A stretch of 64,000 bases of DNA from Nitrospirales bacterium (GCA_965203295.1 CBDBCZ010000015.1:352001-416000); one strand, 5' to 3'; shown: positions 25,343 through 39,321, counted from the stretch's first letter. A program made the numbers and translations. The notes: generated by a model not told the origin, from the sequence alone.

Positions 25343-28300
25343 CTAGGATATGCTTGTTTCTTGAGTGCACCAAGTACCTCCAGTTTTACTACATGCAGGT
25401 ACGAGCTACTGGTCATATGACACACTTCCAAGGCTGAGGATGAATGGCCATACTCTAGTAAAACCCTGGCGACTTCAGCCAGGAACTGCTCATCATCCTG
25501 AATGGAAGTACGTAAATCAGAGTCATGCTGAAGGCTTGTGCTAGAACATAGATAAGTACCATCAGTACAACTGACTTATTAAGCTAGAGATGTCACCAGT
25601 ATTAAAATGGAGTTAGAATCTGTAAGTTATGACTATAGGCCTTGGAACGTTTTGTCTTGCTGCAGAATACATACACAACACATGCTAGCTGCACTGTGGT
25701 TCACACAAAACCTATCATACGTACACATATGTATGTATGTATGTGAACGTGCTAGTGTAATACAACTTCTGGCCAGTTAGTAGCCTAACAGATGCTGCCC
25801 ATGGAAGTGTAAGATATTAATAGTATCTCCACTTACTTAGTAAACCATAAACATACAGCAATGTATAATATTAAGTTAATATGTATACAGTAACCTATCC
25901 AACTATATTGTAAACTTCAGATCTACATATACATACATACCTCTTTCTTAGGTGTTGCTAAAAATTGCATGGCCTCTTTGACTAACCCTTCAGGGTGTAT
26001 GCACGCAACAGCCAATAAAGTACCATGCACCCATTTGAATGTGATGTGTATTGAAAACTGCCAAGTTGATAGCCTGGGCGCACATTATTGTAGCCATATG
26101 TACTTTCTTGTCGTTTATAAATATCACTACTAACAGTCCACATGAACAGAGAGCAGAACTGTAGCCATGGGAAGGAAGGACAAACTACGTACATGTATAT
26201 GGAGCTAGCATATACCTGTACATGTAGCAAAAGTGACATACTGTTCATGCAAGTAATGGCTGCCAAGTGGAGGCAGTGTACACTACAACATTCCCAAGTC
26301 ATTTGGCTGATCTACTGCTGTTCATACATGTACACAGGCTTTGATTACTCTGCTCCTGGAAGCCACACTGTATGTACTGTATTGACTGGCAGACACTACA
26401 AAGAAATAATGGGATCAACACAAGAGGGTGATTAATACAGGGTTGAATGCTTTGATACAGTTATAAATCCCTTTCTTCCTTAAATTTTGTTTTGATTGTG
26501 CTTTCAATTATACGTAAATGGTAGTGTCAGCAATTAATTTGCTATGGAATAGGAAGATAATATCCATTCATTGAACCAAGTCAGACTCACTGTTTATCCC
26601 CCATGACTGAAAATCCTGTAGATATATATCATGCATTCCTACTTCAGGCCCAGCATCATCCACGTGGACAATTAATTGCAAAATAATTTACAAGCTCAAT
26701 CAGCATTATCTCAAATTATGAAGAGTAGGCTTGAGATAAATGCTATTCTCCAATTCTTTGATTTTTATTTCAAATTATTTCTCAAGTAACAGCTTTTGCT
26801 ACACTGTAACAAAAATTATTAAGTGAGCATTCTAGGAAAGACAAGTATGATGACACTAATACACCGATCACTTGATCAGACGCAATTGATACTATCATAG
26901 AGTGCTAGCTAGCCACTCCACCAAAGAAAATTATTGCCAGTCCTCTTGCATTGCCGGCGGGAGGGCAGGGCTGGCCCACTCATCTTGGCACATGCCACCA
27001 ATAAACGATGAGGTTTGCTACTACTCTAGAATCATGCTTTATGCTAATGTCTTGCTATTATTTTCAGCATAATTATTTCAAGCCTCTAATGATAAGAACC
27101 TATATGTAAATCTAGCAAGCTGTATTGTAGAGTAAAAGGTGCTATTGAAAATTCAACCACAAAGGGCTACAATGCCGCATAGTTTCTTCATCAAGTGAAA
27201 GCACTATCACCCTGTAGAAACAGTTTAGTGACAATGAATATCCTGCATGACAACTACTTCAGTGGTGTAGCCTCACCAGGTGCTGTATATGCAAAGCAGT
27301 ACTCAAAAGAGAATGAAGACTGTACTACACTACGTAGCTAGCATGTTTGTAGTTCACTGCTTCTGTGCAGTCGCTTATAATATATACTCATGTGGCGGCC
27401 ATAACACTTATATCATTGACCACGCACCCACATACGCAGGCGGAGCTTGCAAGACCTCTAGTCAGAGGACAAGAGAAAGAGCAACCAGATGTTTAATTAA
27501 CCAGTACCATCCTGATTGCCATATAATTTATTCTTCCAGATTAATAATATAAACTCTTAATTACAGTCACTAATACTGAGCATGAACATTTGTTTGTGGG
27601 TGGATAGATAGAGGTACTGATTGCTAGAATACTACCAAGGTACTCACCACTATCCCAGGGGCTTGGGAAGATGTTTCGGAATACGGGGGCTGGCGCAAGA
27701 GACTGCACAGCGGCAGATAGTGTTTCCACACAGTGCAGAAAAATTTTTTGGGACTGATTTGGCAGCTACAAAGAAACAGCAGTGACACTGTGTGAGAGCC
27801 ACGAAGCCGGGGTGAAAAAAGACTGACTATGCCTCTGGGCTACCATATCAATGCAAGAACACAACAGTTGTACAGTGCAGACGAATATATTATGGACCAT
27901 ATATACTAACCATACAATAATAGACTAGTTATGGCTAGGTATCATCAATTAATGCATGAAATGAAAATTACATTCCTGTGTTATGCAATACTTCACCAGC
28001 AACAATTCAATATCACCATACATAAGACATAAAAACATACCCAACAAGCTTCTTTAGTTCCTTCAATCGGTCAGTGTAGTACACCACAGCTGTAAGATCA
28101 CTTATCGATATATTCTCTGGGCAACTTCTTAATACTACAGCCTTATGATGTGTGTGTGTATACGTAGCATCGTTACCAGTCTCCACTCCCCACTTTTATG
28201 CACCTATAATAAAATCTCTGTGGCTATACAACAGTAACAATAATATCTCTGGAGCAATTTTAGTCAGTTGCAAAAAAAAGATAATGCTGCAGGAAAGTAG

Positions 28301-29136
28301 TAGCTACTACATAACTGCCAACCCTAAGCTGACTCAAAAATGTAAATAAATTGCACTGTGCATTCGTATTTTTATAGGGCTAGGGTTAGGATAGGGGTTA
28401 GAGTTCGGTTTGGGGCTAGGGTTAGATAGTGTTAGCACTGTGCAGTTCATAGATTTATACAATGGTAACAGATTATTTTTATAAAATAGCACTGATTCAC
28501 AAAATGCGGCCAATACACGTACATGCTTATATATGTATGTAAATATACATACTAACCTGTACACATTTACTCACTCGGACCTAATACGTATGCTGGAGAA
28601 TTAAATCGCAAGATACAACCTAGAGTGGAGCCGGTTTATCTAATAATAAACTTGGTCATTGTACTATGAAGTATGAATACAGTAGTACGCACCATTCAGT
28701 AGATTCCACAATGATGGAAATTCCTACCTGTTCTGCAGTACGTGTATTTCTTCACTCTGGGTCTCCATGTTATAGCAGCATACCGTCTGCGTAGAACCTG
28801 CATTAATAGTGAGATTCACAATCAGTATTATACATATGAGCAAGTACAACTCTATGTTACGGTGAGCTGTATTGTAGAAGTGGAATTATGTACACCATTC
28901 TCCATATACTTGATCTGAGGTATAGGCCTAAAGAAATGTACATGAAACCATCTATGATGAATCGCACAATTCATGGTCAAGCAGATGCAATCCATTCCTA
29001 TAATTGCACAGCTGTCGTGATGCCGCTTTAGTTTACCACTCCCACAAGCTGTTGTCCTGACATGCATACATACCCCGTCAGCTTGCGCACTACAGCGCTA
29101 GCTAGTAGTCTATATTAAATGTGTCCAACCAGATAC

Positions 29137-29351
29137 TTATGCCAGTATGCCACTCAAATAATCCCGGTCTCCTTCATTAAAAATGTGGCTTGGGGCTGGG
29201 AATATAGGATCTAAAAAAAACATAACCACATATCGACTCACGCAAAGACACGAGGAGAGCACACTGCCTCTGGCATGAGACATGTACTGCGTAGAGATGA
29301 ACTGGGGGTGTGGCTGCCGATGTTGAGCCACACTCTAAGCATTTACCACAT
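29137..29351 (-). pseudogene. First-exon-like segment of an unidentified gene head-to-head with RCL1 (second copy ~38480-38690)
   Basis: Open frame ...FFLDPIFPAPSHIFNEGDRDYLSGI near a GT donor. Further AG/GT-bounded minus-strand pieces lie at ~27646-27760 and ~25940-26090. No family recognised. Confidence 0.35.
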
Positions 29352-29364
29352 GGTGCGGTGTCAG

Positions 29365-29415
29365 ATGGGCCCCAAATCGAAGTTATTGACTTTGGAAGGC
29401 TGTACCTACTTTCGG
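29365..29415 (+). pseudogene. RCL1: Truncated RCL1 exon 1
   Basis: MGPKSKLLTLEGCTYFR, then an abrupt switch into LINE sequence. Paralogous to 38711-38761. Confidence 0.75.
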
Positions 29416-31080
29416 TTCATGGATAGTCATGAACAGAAGGTAATAAATAGTGGAAAGAAAAAATCTACATAGGTTTTTGGTAATAGTAATATCAGTACAG
29501 TTGCAAGAAGGATAATTAATGTTAGTTCCAGTACTTCACCCTCCTTTAGAATAGGGTAGTAAAGTGTGGGCTTGTAGTACATGGCAGACAGCTTCATTGG
29601 AATTTATTCAGCTAGGAGCAGCTAAAAATATACTTGGCTGCTCTTCTAAAACGTGTAATGAAGCAGTATGGGGTTAGAATCTTTTGAAAGGCAGGAGGCA
29701 TAGGTGCATGCAGACTTAAGTGGTGTTATAAAGTCAGTAATTTGCATGATAAGAGATATCCTAGCTTACTAGACAGTGAGTGGTAAGAGAAATCGTGCAG
29801 AGCTAGGCAAAGGAAGACCTGGAAGAGAGTAGGTAGTAAAATGTTTCTGCAGTCATTAAATCAAGAGAGTCAGGATATATTTGCTGAAGAGTACAAACTA
29901 TTGACCGTATCTAAGCTCCCCCCTAAAAATCGTCTAATTCTCTCACAAAAATATTTCTAATGGTAGACACTCCCAGAGCACATGTACTACACTCCCACAT
30001 TGCACCCCACATAACTTACACTGCCTCATCACCTAACTCTTTATTCAGACCATAAGTACCTGAACCTAAATTTAAACATCAATCATGTTCCTGGATCCCC
30101 AACCCCTGCAAGTAGATCTAATTCTATTTTTTTAAAAAAAGACTTGTACAGCCTCAGCTTATCAGTATTTATATCTTAACACTTCATCTACTCTCTCTAG
30201 GAACACATTTACATTTGAGAGAACAGGCTGTGTTTTAGGGTGTGAGAACTGCGACAGGTATGATTTTAGGGGTGTATTAAGAGTAGTTATTGATCAGGGA
30301 TACTAGGAAGAATAAATTATGTTGTGATCAAAATAATGAAACATCTGTTTGTTCTTGCTCTTGTCCTCGGACTGGAGATCTTACAACTGTGTATGTGTGA
30401 GCGTGGTCAATGGCATACGCGCTACAACAGCGACACAAGTAAATTACAACCTATCTGCATTATATCAGCTGCAGTTGACGTGCCATTCTTGTGATATGTA
30501 CAAACCTGTGAAACAGTGTATCCCTTGCGGAAAGTACTGAAAGAAACAGAGCTACTCTTTCGAGTAGACCTAAAGGTAGAGCTGGCTTTACTGCTCGGGT
30601 ACTGTGCCACACCTGAGAGAAGAGAGAGCAGGAATATTAAGCATGGACAAACCTGTCAGATCTGACGATAAAGGAGCAGGCACACATAAAAGGTACCCCT
30701 CTTGTTGTCTAGATGTTTTCACTCAAGAGTTCTACCATAATTTTGTTCATGGCTAGGAATGACGATGACTCCTTGTATTTACTATGTAAGGTACATGTAG
30801 GTGGTACCACATCATTGAACACATTAATTACAACTGCTTGCTAAACCTTAGTCATCAATGTTTATAGGGGTGAGGATTTTACGAAACTAGATTGCACCAT
30901 TGCATATCTTCAGTTTGAACACATACAAAACCCACCTTTTCACTTAGAATATGAAACAGGAAAATGCAAAATGTTGTAATTCGATGTTCACGAGGAAGCC
31001 TTAGAAATTATAAAACCTTCTGTGACTTCTTGAAGGCAGAGGTTAAGTGAATCCATTGGCAAAGTAAAGATTAACAGCTA
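29414..31080 (+). repeat. Segmental module B, copy 1 (LINE 3' half plus flank)
   Basis: Near-identical to 53348-55001. Confidence 0.9.
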
Positions 31081-31712
31081 GCTTCTGCTGATGAATCAGG
31101 TAGTCCTCACAAACAGATATTTTTAGTTCTTGTTCCAAAATCTGGGTCCAGGTGGACCAAATTTAAAAGGACTAGCTACTTGATATAGATTACCTGCTGC
31201 ACGTTAGAGACTCAGGTAAATTACATAGCTGCAATCCAGCATGCAGGTATGGGGCTATTATAATATAGGTTCATCGCGCAAAGCTGTCTGGCATATACAG
31301 CGTGCTTGATGTCTACACAGAAGCTTAACATTCCAATGCCAATTTTAATGCATTTTATAATTATATTAGATGTCAAGATATATACGGTATATGCTTTCCC
31401 CTATATTATACGGGCGCATACATGTACATACGTATGTGTACCCATAGCTGGGAGAGAGTTACGTGTACTTCATTACTCTAAGTAGTGCCATAGATAGCAG
31501 CAACATGAAGCTGTAATGGTTGAAGATCAGACAGCCCAAAATGCTCCAGTAAATCCCCTGAAATTTGTAATGAAGCTATAGACTCCAGGGATGCTGTAGA
31601 GAATACTGTGGAGAAGCCCCAACTACAAAATTTGAGGGTAGGAAAGTGAAAGATTGCAATCTATCATTTCTAGAAAACTTTGGTTAGGGCATACGAAGAC
31701 CATTCAATGGTA

Positions 31713-32601
31713 GAGTAAGCCACTGATGATCGGCCACCAGTTATATTCGGACGCACTAGCGCCGAGCGCGTAAATTACCGGAAGTGGGCGGGGCCTTCAA
31801 TCGATAGCACTGACCCACTACCATACTGCTGCACGCCGAGTTTTCGCCATCGTAGCTACTTTGAGCACGGAGGGGTATTATTGAATGTAGAGCCGTGTCA
31901 CCCTCTCTATAATCGGACAGTGGATTTTGTCTTTTTTCGGTGAAAGGACGCCAAAACACTCTCCAAACGCTAGGATTTGGATATCGTTGGAAAGTACAGA
32001 CACTTAGCAAAGCAACCGTGCAAGTCTAATTTTTATACGACGTGTCCTTCCTGAGATAGAGCTGTTTTGCCTGATTTCGTACACTAAAAGCTTCAGCATT
32101 AAAATTATTAGAAGAAATCGAGACAAATAGCGCTTTCTCACTCTATCTCGAGAACCATACGACGTATGAATATCGGGCTTGCACCGTTGCGTTGCTAAGT
32201 GTCTGTACTTTCCAACGATATCCAAATCCTAGCGTTTGGAGAGTGTTTTGGCGTCCTTACACCGAAAAAAGACAAAATCCACTGTCCGATTATAGAGAGG
32301 GTGACACGGCTCTACATTCAATAACACCCCTCCGCAAGTGATCGTCGATTTGAGAATGACAAAAATGCGGTGATCACCGAAAGTTGCTTCAGGGAGGAAA
32401 CACGGAGCGGTGTCCGGCAATACATACTTTTGTCCGATCATAGCTGTGTCCGAATTTCAACTTTGGAAGGCTATAGCTCCAGAACCAAGACACGGAGAAA
32501 CACCAAACTTTCAACCCGAAGTGCGCCCACTTCCAGTAATTTACGCGCTCGGCGCTAGCGCGTCGGAATATACCTGGTGGCCGATCATCAGTGGCTTACT
32601 C
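31713..32601. mobile_element. Foldback element, copy 2 (889 bp, internal deletions in both arms)
   Basis: Same termini as copy 1. CAATGG-TA|element|TA-CTTTT versus the empty paralog CAATGG-TA-CTTTT at 16305-16317. Confidence 0.92.
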
Positions 32602-33429
32602 TACTTTTAAACTCCCAAATGCAATCTTATCACAAACTGCTACTCCACTGTTCGGTCTTTAACTGCAATTCACATCCAAAGCAATGTAGGGAAAGTCCAT
32701 GTACTTTATACTACACTGACCCTGAGTATTCACTGGAACTCGGTAGAGAGCCTCTGTGGTTTTAATTGACACATGACATTATACATGCATAATATTCTTA
32801 CATGGCATGGTATTCCTGTACTGGAATGTGCTGGGATGTGCTAGTGCAGAGAATGTGCAGCAGATTACAATACAATCACACATCACTCTACGTATTTCAC
32901 TGTATTTTCACAAAGGCTGCAAGATGAGTGTGCAGAGGTGGAGAAAGAGAGGGAGTACTTTACCAAGCTAAGGGAAGAATTGCAGCCTGGAGATGGACAT
33001 GAAGGTGGAGTGCATGGTGCAGACTCACAATACAAAATCAACTGACTAAACTAGAGCTGGGATATACGTACTATGGGTCAAAGAATTTGGGTCTAATTTT
33101 TTTTTGTGGCCAGCATACCTGATTGTATTGCGATCTGCTGCACATTCTCTATTATACTACGATACGTAACTTTAAGTGCTACTGATTATTAATGGAGTTG
33201 TTGTAGGTGTCTACCATATAACTCTTGCACGCGCAATTAATGACAACTTATCAATCTTTCAATTGCTATAGGGTATGTACATAGCAAGTGGTGGAGTTGA
33301 ACCTTTACAAAGATTTGCAGTGGACAGCTTTATAATGTTAATGTCAGAGAGGGTACGAACAATCTCAGGCCTTGCGAAATATATATCATCCCAGATTTGG
33401 TAGGTATTGGGGTCAAAGTACAACCTAAC

Positions 33430-34850
33430 CTATTCTTCTCAGCTTCCAATTCAGCAAGCCTGCGCTCTAACTGTGACTATTCATGTCTAATCCGTTTTTT
33501 GGCCTAGTAGCAACAAAGGAAAGGAAAATAAGTTCAAATATTGCACTGTAATATAACGATCATTGACAAGTCTCACCATTTGGACAGCTTTTTGGAACAC
33601 TTCAGACTCACTAATGTCTCTACTGCCACCATAAAGAAGCTAAAAATCAAAAAGACAATTGCTACATTATTCTGCATCCAAACTACATGGGTAAGAGTTG
33701 ACTCAATTAGTCTACCAGGCTATAAAATGGTTCGTAAAAACTCTGCTGCTGGTTGCTGGTAGTATACGTATACATCTGACATATGATCAGTTGTAATTTG
33801 GCAAAAACATGCATATGTACACATCACACATATACGTAAGTTACTTCTCTACATACATCATTCACAAATGGCTTTTACATACCACTCTTTCCAGGTCTGC
33901 TATCTTGCCATACAAGGCATCTCTCTCAGCTTGAGCTTGACTCATTAGCTGTTGGTGGGTCTCCAGAACTGCTGCCTATGAAGGAGAAGTATTGGGAGAA
34001 TCGTTTACACAGCAGTACATTCAACACGGCAGACTTGTCTCAATTGCACCCTTCTCATTTTTTCCTTTTGAGCTTCCTCCCTTTCTCTTTCAAGCCTCTC
34101 AATTTCTTCATGACCCAAAATAATCTCCCTAGAGCAGCAGTATGTAGATGTGGGCTGTATCTCAATTATCGCAAATAGCTAATATGTTTGTACACGTGTT
34201 CTAGCTGTTGAGGTGGGTAATATCCTACTAATAGTATGAACCTGTGTTCAAGCTGTTGCTTCAACTTTGTGATCTCTTGCTGATAGGCTGACAGCAGTGC
34301 TTTCTGTGACATGTCCTTGTTGATCTGCACAGTGTTCTTGATACTTTTTGCCCTGAGAATTCAAATGTGGATATAGAAAGAGAATACTGCTAAGAAAGAA
34401 CTGATAAGAAGCATAATCAACTGTTTTAATAAGTGTATATATAAAGACAAACCAATCTGAAGAAAACAAAATTAGCCAGTGACTCTGAACACAACACTAG
34501 GTGTGCTAGTAGTGATGGCTGCCAGCAGATACGTATACAACTCAACTATTACTAGTATGAAATATGTATGTGAACAGACTGCTACGTATTTGCATGTAAC
34601 ATTAATTGGAGGATAATAATAGCATGCTTCCCTTACACCAGAGTAAATTCTCATGCTACATTTTCATTGTGGGTGTAATTACGTGCAAATAAGTACTGGA
34701 TACTGGTATATTATATGTATGTACATGCGTACCTCTGTTTTTTCAAATCTTATACTGGGTTATTGCTGCATACATAATTCATTGCACTTATGTTTTGTAC
34801 ATGTACAGTACCTTTTGGCAAATTTGAGTGTATTGAGTGACTCTGCATAC
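33430..34850 (-). pseudogene. Kinesin gene fragment, copy 2
   Basis: YAESLNTLKFAKR remnant at ~34812-34850. Exon 34352-34242 reads AKSIKNTVQINKDMSQKALLSAYQQEITKLKQQLE. Coiled-coil exons continue to ~33430. Confidence 0.85.
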
Positions 34851-36876
34851 TTACTAGAGACATGCTAGCTGCACTGTTGTTCACACAAAACCTATCATAC
34901 GTACACATATGTGTGTATGTATGTGAACGTGCTAGTGTAATACAACTTCTAGCTAGTTAGCAGCCTAACAGATGCTGTCCATGGAAGTGTAAGGTATTAA
35001 TAATATTTCCACTTACTTAGTAAACCATAAACATAATGCAATGTATAATTAGGAACAGTTAATATGTATACAGTAACCTATCCAACTATATTGTAGACTT
35101 CAGATCCACATATACATACATAGCTCTTTCTTAGGTGTTGCTACAAATTGCATGGCCTCTTTGACTAACCCTTCAGGGTGTAAGACATGAAGATAGTGCA
35201 CTGAGCAGCTGGATAAGAAATGCACGCAACAGCCAATAAAGTACCATGCACCCATTTGAATGTGATGTGTATTGAAAACTGCCAAGTTGATAGCCTGGGC
35301 GCACATATTGTAGCCATATGTACTTTCTTGTCGTTTATAAATATCACTACTAACAGTCCACATGAACAGAGAGCAGAACTGTAGCCATGGGAAGGAAGGA
35401 CAAACTACGTACATGTATATGGAGCTGACATATACCTGTACATGTAGCAAAAGTGACATACTGTTCATGCAAGTAATGGCTGCCAAGTGGAGGCAGTGTA
35501 CACTACAACATTCCCAAGTTATTACATTTAGCTGATCTACTGCTGTTCATACATGTACACAGGCTTTGATTACTCTGCTCCTGGAAGCCACACTGTATGT
35601 ACTGTATTGACTGGCAGACACTACAAAGAAATAATGGGATCAACACAAGAGGGTGATTAATACAGGGTTGAATGCTTTGATACAGTTATAAATCCCTTTC
35701 TTCCTTAAATTTTGTTTTGATTGTGCTTTCAATTATACGTAAATGGTAGTGTCAGCAATTAATTTGCTATGGAATAGGAAGATAATATCCATTCATTGAA
35801 CCAAGTCAGACTCACTGTTTATCCCCCATGACTGAAAATCCTGTAGATATATATCATGCATTCCTACTTCAGGCCCAGCATCATCCACGTGGACAATTAA
35901 TTGCAAAATAATTTACAAGCTCAATCAGCATTATCTCAAATTATGAAGAGTAGGCTTGAGATAAATGCTATTCTCCAATTCTTTGATTTTTATTTCAAAT
36001 TATTTCTCAAGTAACAGCTTTTGCTACACTGTAACAAAAATTATTAAGTGAGCATTCTAGGAAAGACAAGTATGATGACACTAATACACCGATCACTTGA
36101 TCAGACGCAATTGATACTATCATAGAGTGCTAGCTAGCCACTCCACCAAAGAAAACTATTGCCAGTCCTCTTGCATTGCCGGCGGGAGGGCAGGGCTGGC
36201 CCACTCATCTTGGCACATGCCACCAATAAACGATGAGGTTTGCTACTACTCTAGAATCATGCTTTATGCTAATGTCTTGCTATTATTTTCAGCATAATTA
36301 TTTCAAGCCTCTAATGATAAGAACCTATATGTAAATCTAGCAAGCTGTATTGTAGAGTAAAAGGTGCTATTGAAAATTCAACCACAAAGGGCTACAATGC
36401 CGCATAGTTTCTTCATCAAGTGAAAGCACTATCACCCTGTAGAAACAGTTTAGTGACAATGAATATCCTGCATGACAACTACTTCAGTGGTGTAGCCTCA
36501 CCAGGTGCTGTATATGCAAAGCAGTACTCAAAAGAGAATGAAGACTGTACTACACTACATAGCTAGCATGTTTGTAGTTCACTGCTTCTGTGCAGTCGCT
36601 TATAATATATACTCATGTTGCGGCCATAACGCTTACATCATTGACCACGCACCCACATACACAGGCGGAGCTTGCAAGACCTCCAGTCAGAGGACAAGAG
36701 AAAGAGCAACCACATGTTTAATTAATCAACCAGTACCATCCTGATTGACATATAATTTATTCTTCCAGATTTATAATATTAACTCTTAACTACAGTCACT
36801 AATGCTGAGCATGAACATTTGTTTGTGGGTGGATAGATAGAGGTACTGATTGCTAGAATACTACCAAGGTTCTCAC

Positions 36877-36992
36877 TAGTCTAGCTAGCTATCCCCAACT
36901 TCTCCCCACCTTGGGATCGCTTGCAGTATCTCGGCCGAGATACTGCAAGCGATCCCAAGGTGGGGAGAAGTTGGGGATAGCTAGCTAGACTA
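36877..36992. mobile_element. 116-bp perfect palindrome insertion with 9-bp TSD
   Basis: GGTTCTCAC|TAGTCTAGC...TCGG/CCGA...GCTAGACTA|GGTTCTCAC. The paralog at ~27639-27647 has a single GGTACTCAC. Confidence 0.93.
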
Positions 36993-39228
36993 GGTTCTCA
37001 CCACTATCCCAGGGGCTTGAGAAGGTGTTTCGGGATACGGAGGCTGGCGCAAGAGGCTGCACAGCGGCAGATAGTGTTTCCACACAGTGCAGAAAAAAAT
37101 TTTGGGACTGATTTGGCAGCTACAAAGAAACAGCAGTGACACTGTGTGAGCGTCACAGAGTCGGGGTGAAAAAAGACTGACTATGCCTCTGGGCTACCAT
37201 ATCAATGCAAGAACACAACAGTTGTACAGTGCAGACGAATATATTATGGACCATATATACTAACCATACAATAATAGACTAGTTATGGCTAGGTATCATC
37301 AATTAATGCATGAAATTAAAATCACATTCCTGTGTTATGCAATACTTCATCAGCAACAATTCAATATCACAATACATAAGACATAAAAACATACCCAACA
37401 AGCTCCTTTAGTTCCTTCAATCGGTCAGTGTAGTTCATAACAGCTGTAAGATATGATAGATCACTTTATCTATTCTTTGGGCAACTTCTTAATACTACAG
37501 CCTTATGATGTGTGTGTGTATACGTAGCATCGTTACCAGTCTCCACTCCCCACTTCTATGCACCTATAATAAAATCTGTGTGGCTATACAACAGTAACAA
37601 TAATATCTCTGGAGCAAGCTTAGTCAGTTGCAAAAAAAAGATAATGCTGCAGGAAAGTAGTAGCTACTACATAACTGCCAACCCTAAGCTGACTCAAAAA
37701 TGTAAATAAATTGCACTGTGCATTCTTATTTTTATAGGGCTAGGGTTAGGATAAGGGTTAGAGTTCGGTTTGGGGCTAGGGTTAGATGGTGTTAGCACTG
37801 TGCAGTTCATAGATTTATACAATGGTAACAGATTATTTTTATAAAATAGCACTGATTCACAAAATGCGGCCAATACACGTACATGCCTATATATGTATGT
37901 AAATATACATACTAACCTGTACAAATTTACTCACTCCGACGTAATACATATGCTGGAGAATTAAATCGCAAGATACAACCTGGAGTGGAGCCGGTTTATC
38001 TAATAATAAACTTACTATGAAGTATGAATACAGTAGTACGCACCCAGTACATTCCACAATGATGGAAATCCTACCTGTTCTGCAGTACGTGTATTTCTTC
38101 ACTCTGGGTCTTCATGTTATGGCAGCATGCCGTCTGCGTAGAACCTGCATTAATAGTGAGATTCACAATCAGTATTATACATATGGGCAAGTACAGCTCT
38201 ATGTTACGGTGAGCTGTATTGTAGAAGTGGAATTATGTACACCATTCTCCATATACTTGATCTGAGGTATAGGCCTAAAGAAATGTACATGAAACCATCT
38301 ATGATGAATCGCACAATTCATGGTCAAGCAGATGCAATCTATTCCTATAATTGCACAGCTGTCTTGATGCCGCTTTAGTTTACCACTCCCACAAGCTGTT
38401 GTCCTGACATGCATACATACCCCGTCAGCTTGCGCACTACAGCGCTAGCTAGTAGTCTACAATGTGTTCAACCAGATTCTTAGTATATGTGAGTATGCCA
38501 CTCAAATAATCCCGGTCTCCTTCATTAAAAATGTGGCTTGGGAATATAGGATCTAAAAAAAACATAACCACATATCGACTCACGCAAAGACACGAGGAGA
38601 GCACACTGCCTCTGGCATGGGACAAGTACGGTGTAGAGATGAACTGGGGGTGTGGCTGCCGATGTTGAGCCACACACACTCTAAGCTTTTACCACGTGGT
38701 GCGGTGTCAGATGGACCCCAGATCGAAGTTATTAACTTTCGAAGGCTGTACCTACTTTCGGCAGCGACTAGTACTATCTACACTCAGCTCTCGACCAATG
38801 AGGATAGCTAGAGTACGAGGAGATGCAGATGAACCAGGACTAAGAGGTCTGAGTATATACACTGAAGGCAGTTTACCCACTAAATTTACTACCCAAGGTT
38901 TCATACAACTGCGGGAAACTGTACGGGTGAGTGGGTGGGGGTAGTGAATAAATTGTCAAATTATAGTTGCCTAGAGGAATATTTTTTAATCATCTGTGTC
39001 CAGTGATGTTGAAGAAATTATTCTAGGCTCAGGTCATTGTGGTGGTAGTCTTGCAGGCGAGACTCACTGAGCCTGAAGGTCGTTGCTTTAATGCATGTCT
39101 TGTGCAAGCCATAATTTGCAAGGAGCTACTCTAGTCTGCAGTACCTGCTCCGACGATCATTTTGTGCAATTTTTGCTAAGCTTGCAGTTTGTATACGTAA
39201 TAGCATGGGTTGCTGTGCAATTTAGGAT

Positions 39229-39321
39229 GAATTGCACAAGTAATGCAACCAGGAAGGAATCAATTGCACGAGGCAAAGCCGAGTGCTATTTACCTTCCTG
39301 GTTGCATTACGAGTGCAATTC
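39229..39321. mobile_element. Crypton-like hairpin repeat in RCL1 intron 1
   Basis: TAATGCAACCAGGAAGG ... CCTTCCTGGTTGCATTA arms around a CGAGGCAAAGCCGAG core. Confidence 0.6.

Larger units (their letters stand above)
23025..29415 (+). repeat. Segmental module E/F, copy 1
   Basis: ~23610-29415 matches ~32886-38761 (direct). 23025-25128 matches 41741-44182 (inverted). Confidence 0.9.
32848..38761 (+). repeat. Segmental module E, copy 2
   Basis: Direct repeat of ~23610-29415 with indels. It lacks ~25232-25680 and has extra sequence at ~33395-33670. Confidence 0.9.
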
